NCBI GenBank assembly: GCA_023142595.1
Contig: JAGLJF010000027.1
Location: 1-61,453, forward strand
Direction: 5' to 3'
DNA from: Minisyncoccota bacterium
GTDB taxonomy: Bacteria > Patescibacteriota > Minisyncoccia > JAHIHE01 > JAGLIN01
DNA length: 61,453 nucleotides
Both the position numbers and the translations under genes were made by a program. This document shows positions 60,401-61,453 of the stretch, one piece after another (position 1 is the first letter of the stretch; each line of letters begins with the position of its first letter). A model generated the notes under the pieces. It searched no databases. It was not told the origin of the DNA and saw nothing but the letters and a program-made list of their open reading frames with translations.

Positions 60401-60533
60401 TGCCTCCTTAAATATATGATATGAAGATAATGCCATAGTAGTTGATTTCCAGTTTTTGTCAAGTTCTAATTTCTAGTATTGAATTAAATCAAGAAATATG
60501 CTAAATTAAGAATATAATAATTTTTTATAAGAA

Positions 60534-61043
60534 ATGCAAAATAATCAAGAAGAAGTAGAATATCCAGTTCAATCGGCATATTTTGTTGGCTCGATGGTTT
60601 TAATGAATGACAAAAATGAAATACTTTTGGTAAAAGAAAGAAATAATAATGACATTTGGACAGTTCCTGGTGGTGAAGTTGATTATGATGACAAGGAACA
60701 ATTTATTGATTCGGCAATCAGAGAAACGGAAGAGGAGGTGGGAATTAGTGTAGATCGAAATGATATAGAATTAATCGATGTAAAAATATCTTATGCGCAA
60801 GGTGATAATCCATACAAAGAAAAAGGAATTTTTATTCCAATTGTGACTTATGTCGCCAAATTTCCAAAAAAGCAAGAAATAGTTCTCAAAAGATCATCTG
60901 ATAAAATTGAGAAAAAATATGATGTTGAAGAATATATCTGGATTAAGCTAAGTGATATAAATGAAAAACAGATAAAAGTTCATGATAATTTTTTGAAAAC
61001 AGTTCCTTTGATTGAAAAATGGATTAAAGAAAATATTAGCTAA
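60534..61043 (+). CDS. NUDIX hydrolase (paralog 2)
   Basis: PGGEVDYDDKEQFIDSAIRETEEEVGI. Confidence 0.88.
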   Translation: MQNNQEEVEYPVQSAYFVGSMVLMNDKNEILLVKERNNNDIWTVPGGEVDYDDKEQFIDSAIRETEEEVGISVDRNDIELIDVKISYAQGDNPYKEKGIFIPIVTYVAKFPKKQEIVLKRSSDKIEKKYDVEEYIWIKLSDINEKQIKVHDNFLKTVPLIEKWIKENIS

Positions 61044-61053
61044 TTCTACAAAA

Positions 61054-61453
61054 ATGTCAAAATGTAAAAATACAATTGATTGGCCAGTTTGTTCTAGTGA
61101 AAATGTAATTTTGGGAAATTCAAAAAGTGAAATTGCGATTGCAACTCTCTGGACACCAACAAAAAAAATTACAGATGAAATTGGATTTAATTCTTTTTGC
61201 ATTGCTGGACAACTTTATTCAAAAGAGGGTATAAATTTTATATTTCGAAATATTTTAGCTAATCCCAATATAAGATATCTAATTGTTTGTGGGACTGAAT
61301 TATCTGGAAGCGGACAAGTTCTTGTTGATTTTTTTGAAAAAGGAGTTGATGAAGATCATAATGTGGTTGGTAATGATTTTGCAAAAGTTCACAAAGAAAT
61401 TCCAAAAGAATCTCTCGAAATGATTCGAAAAAATGTAAAAATTGAAAAAATGA
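61054..61453 (+). CDS. MtrA-like domain protein, truncated by window end (possibly N-terminus of an MtrA-thymidylate synthase fusion)
   Basis: Open frame absent from the ORF track: MSKCKNTIDWPVCSSENVILGNSKSEIAIATLWT...AGQLYSKEGINFIFRNILANPNIRYLIVCGTELSGSGQVLVDFFEKGVD; WP..G, NPNIR..L..G.E resemble MtrA. Confidence 0.75.
   Translation, partial: MSKCKNTIDWPVCSSENVILGNSKSEIAIATLWTPTKKITDEIGFNSFCIAGQLYSKEGINFIFRNILANPNIRYLIVCGTELSGSGQVLVDFFEKGVDEDHNVVGNDFAKVHKEIPKESLEMIRKNVKIEKM

Noticed and set aside
57..61453. TGA recoding (genetic code 25)
   Set aside because: Conserved genes are full length under code 11, and TGA ends several at natural positions (e.g. dnaJ, corA)

Overview
AT-rich bacterial chromosomal segment using the standard code (TGA = stop). 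Gene content and style suggest a Patescibacteria/CPR (Parcubacteria-like) organism, which is an inference: SD-less core genes, rpsP-khpA-trmD without rimM, and rplA not followed by rplJ/L. The core includes murE, rplY, rpsP, trmD, gpmI, nusA, ppaC, tig, clpP, uvrB, dnaJ, argS, aspS, gatB, secE-nusG-rplK, rplA, tRNA-Lys(UUU), a P-type ATPase and a MacAB-like ABC system. The most unusual features are: (1) two putative cobalamin-uptake genes (DUF4430-like and DUF6580/S-component-like) inserted between rplK and rplA, followed after rplA by a nucleotide-processing cluster (HIGH nucleotidyltransferase, HIT, NTase-dCMP deaminase fusion, two paralogous NUDIX) that ends in an MtrA-like ORF running off the window; (2) two tandem, promoter-driven, highly structured candidate ncRNAs between argS and aspS, and a third structured or small-peptide locus after aspS; (3) a GTCAT-initiated REP/REPIN-like repeat family with base-pair covariation; (4) self-contained ORFan cassettes with strong SD sequences in an otherwise largely SD-less genome; (5) an MFS gene frameshifted at an A_AAA_AAG site. 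No CRISPR array, integrase or transposase was seen. All family assignments come from motif recognition by eye, not database searches.
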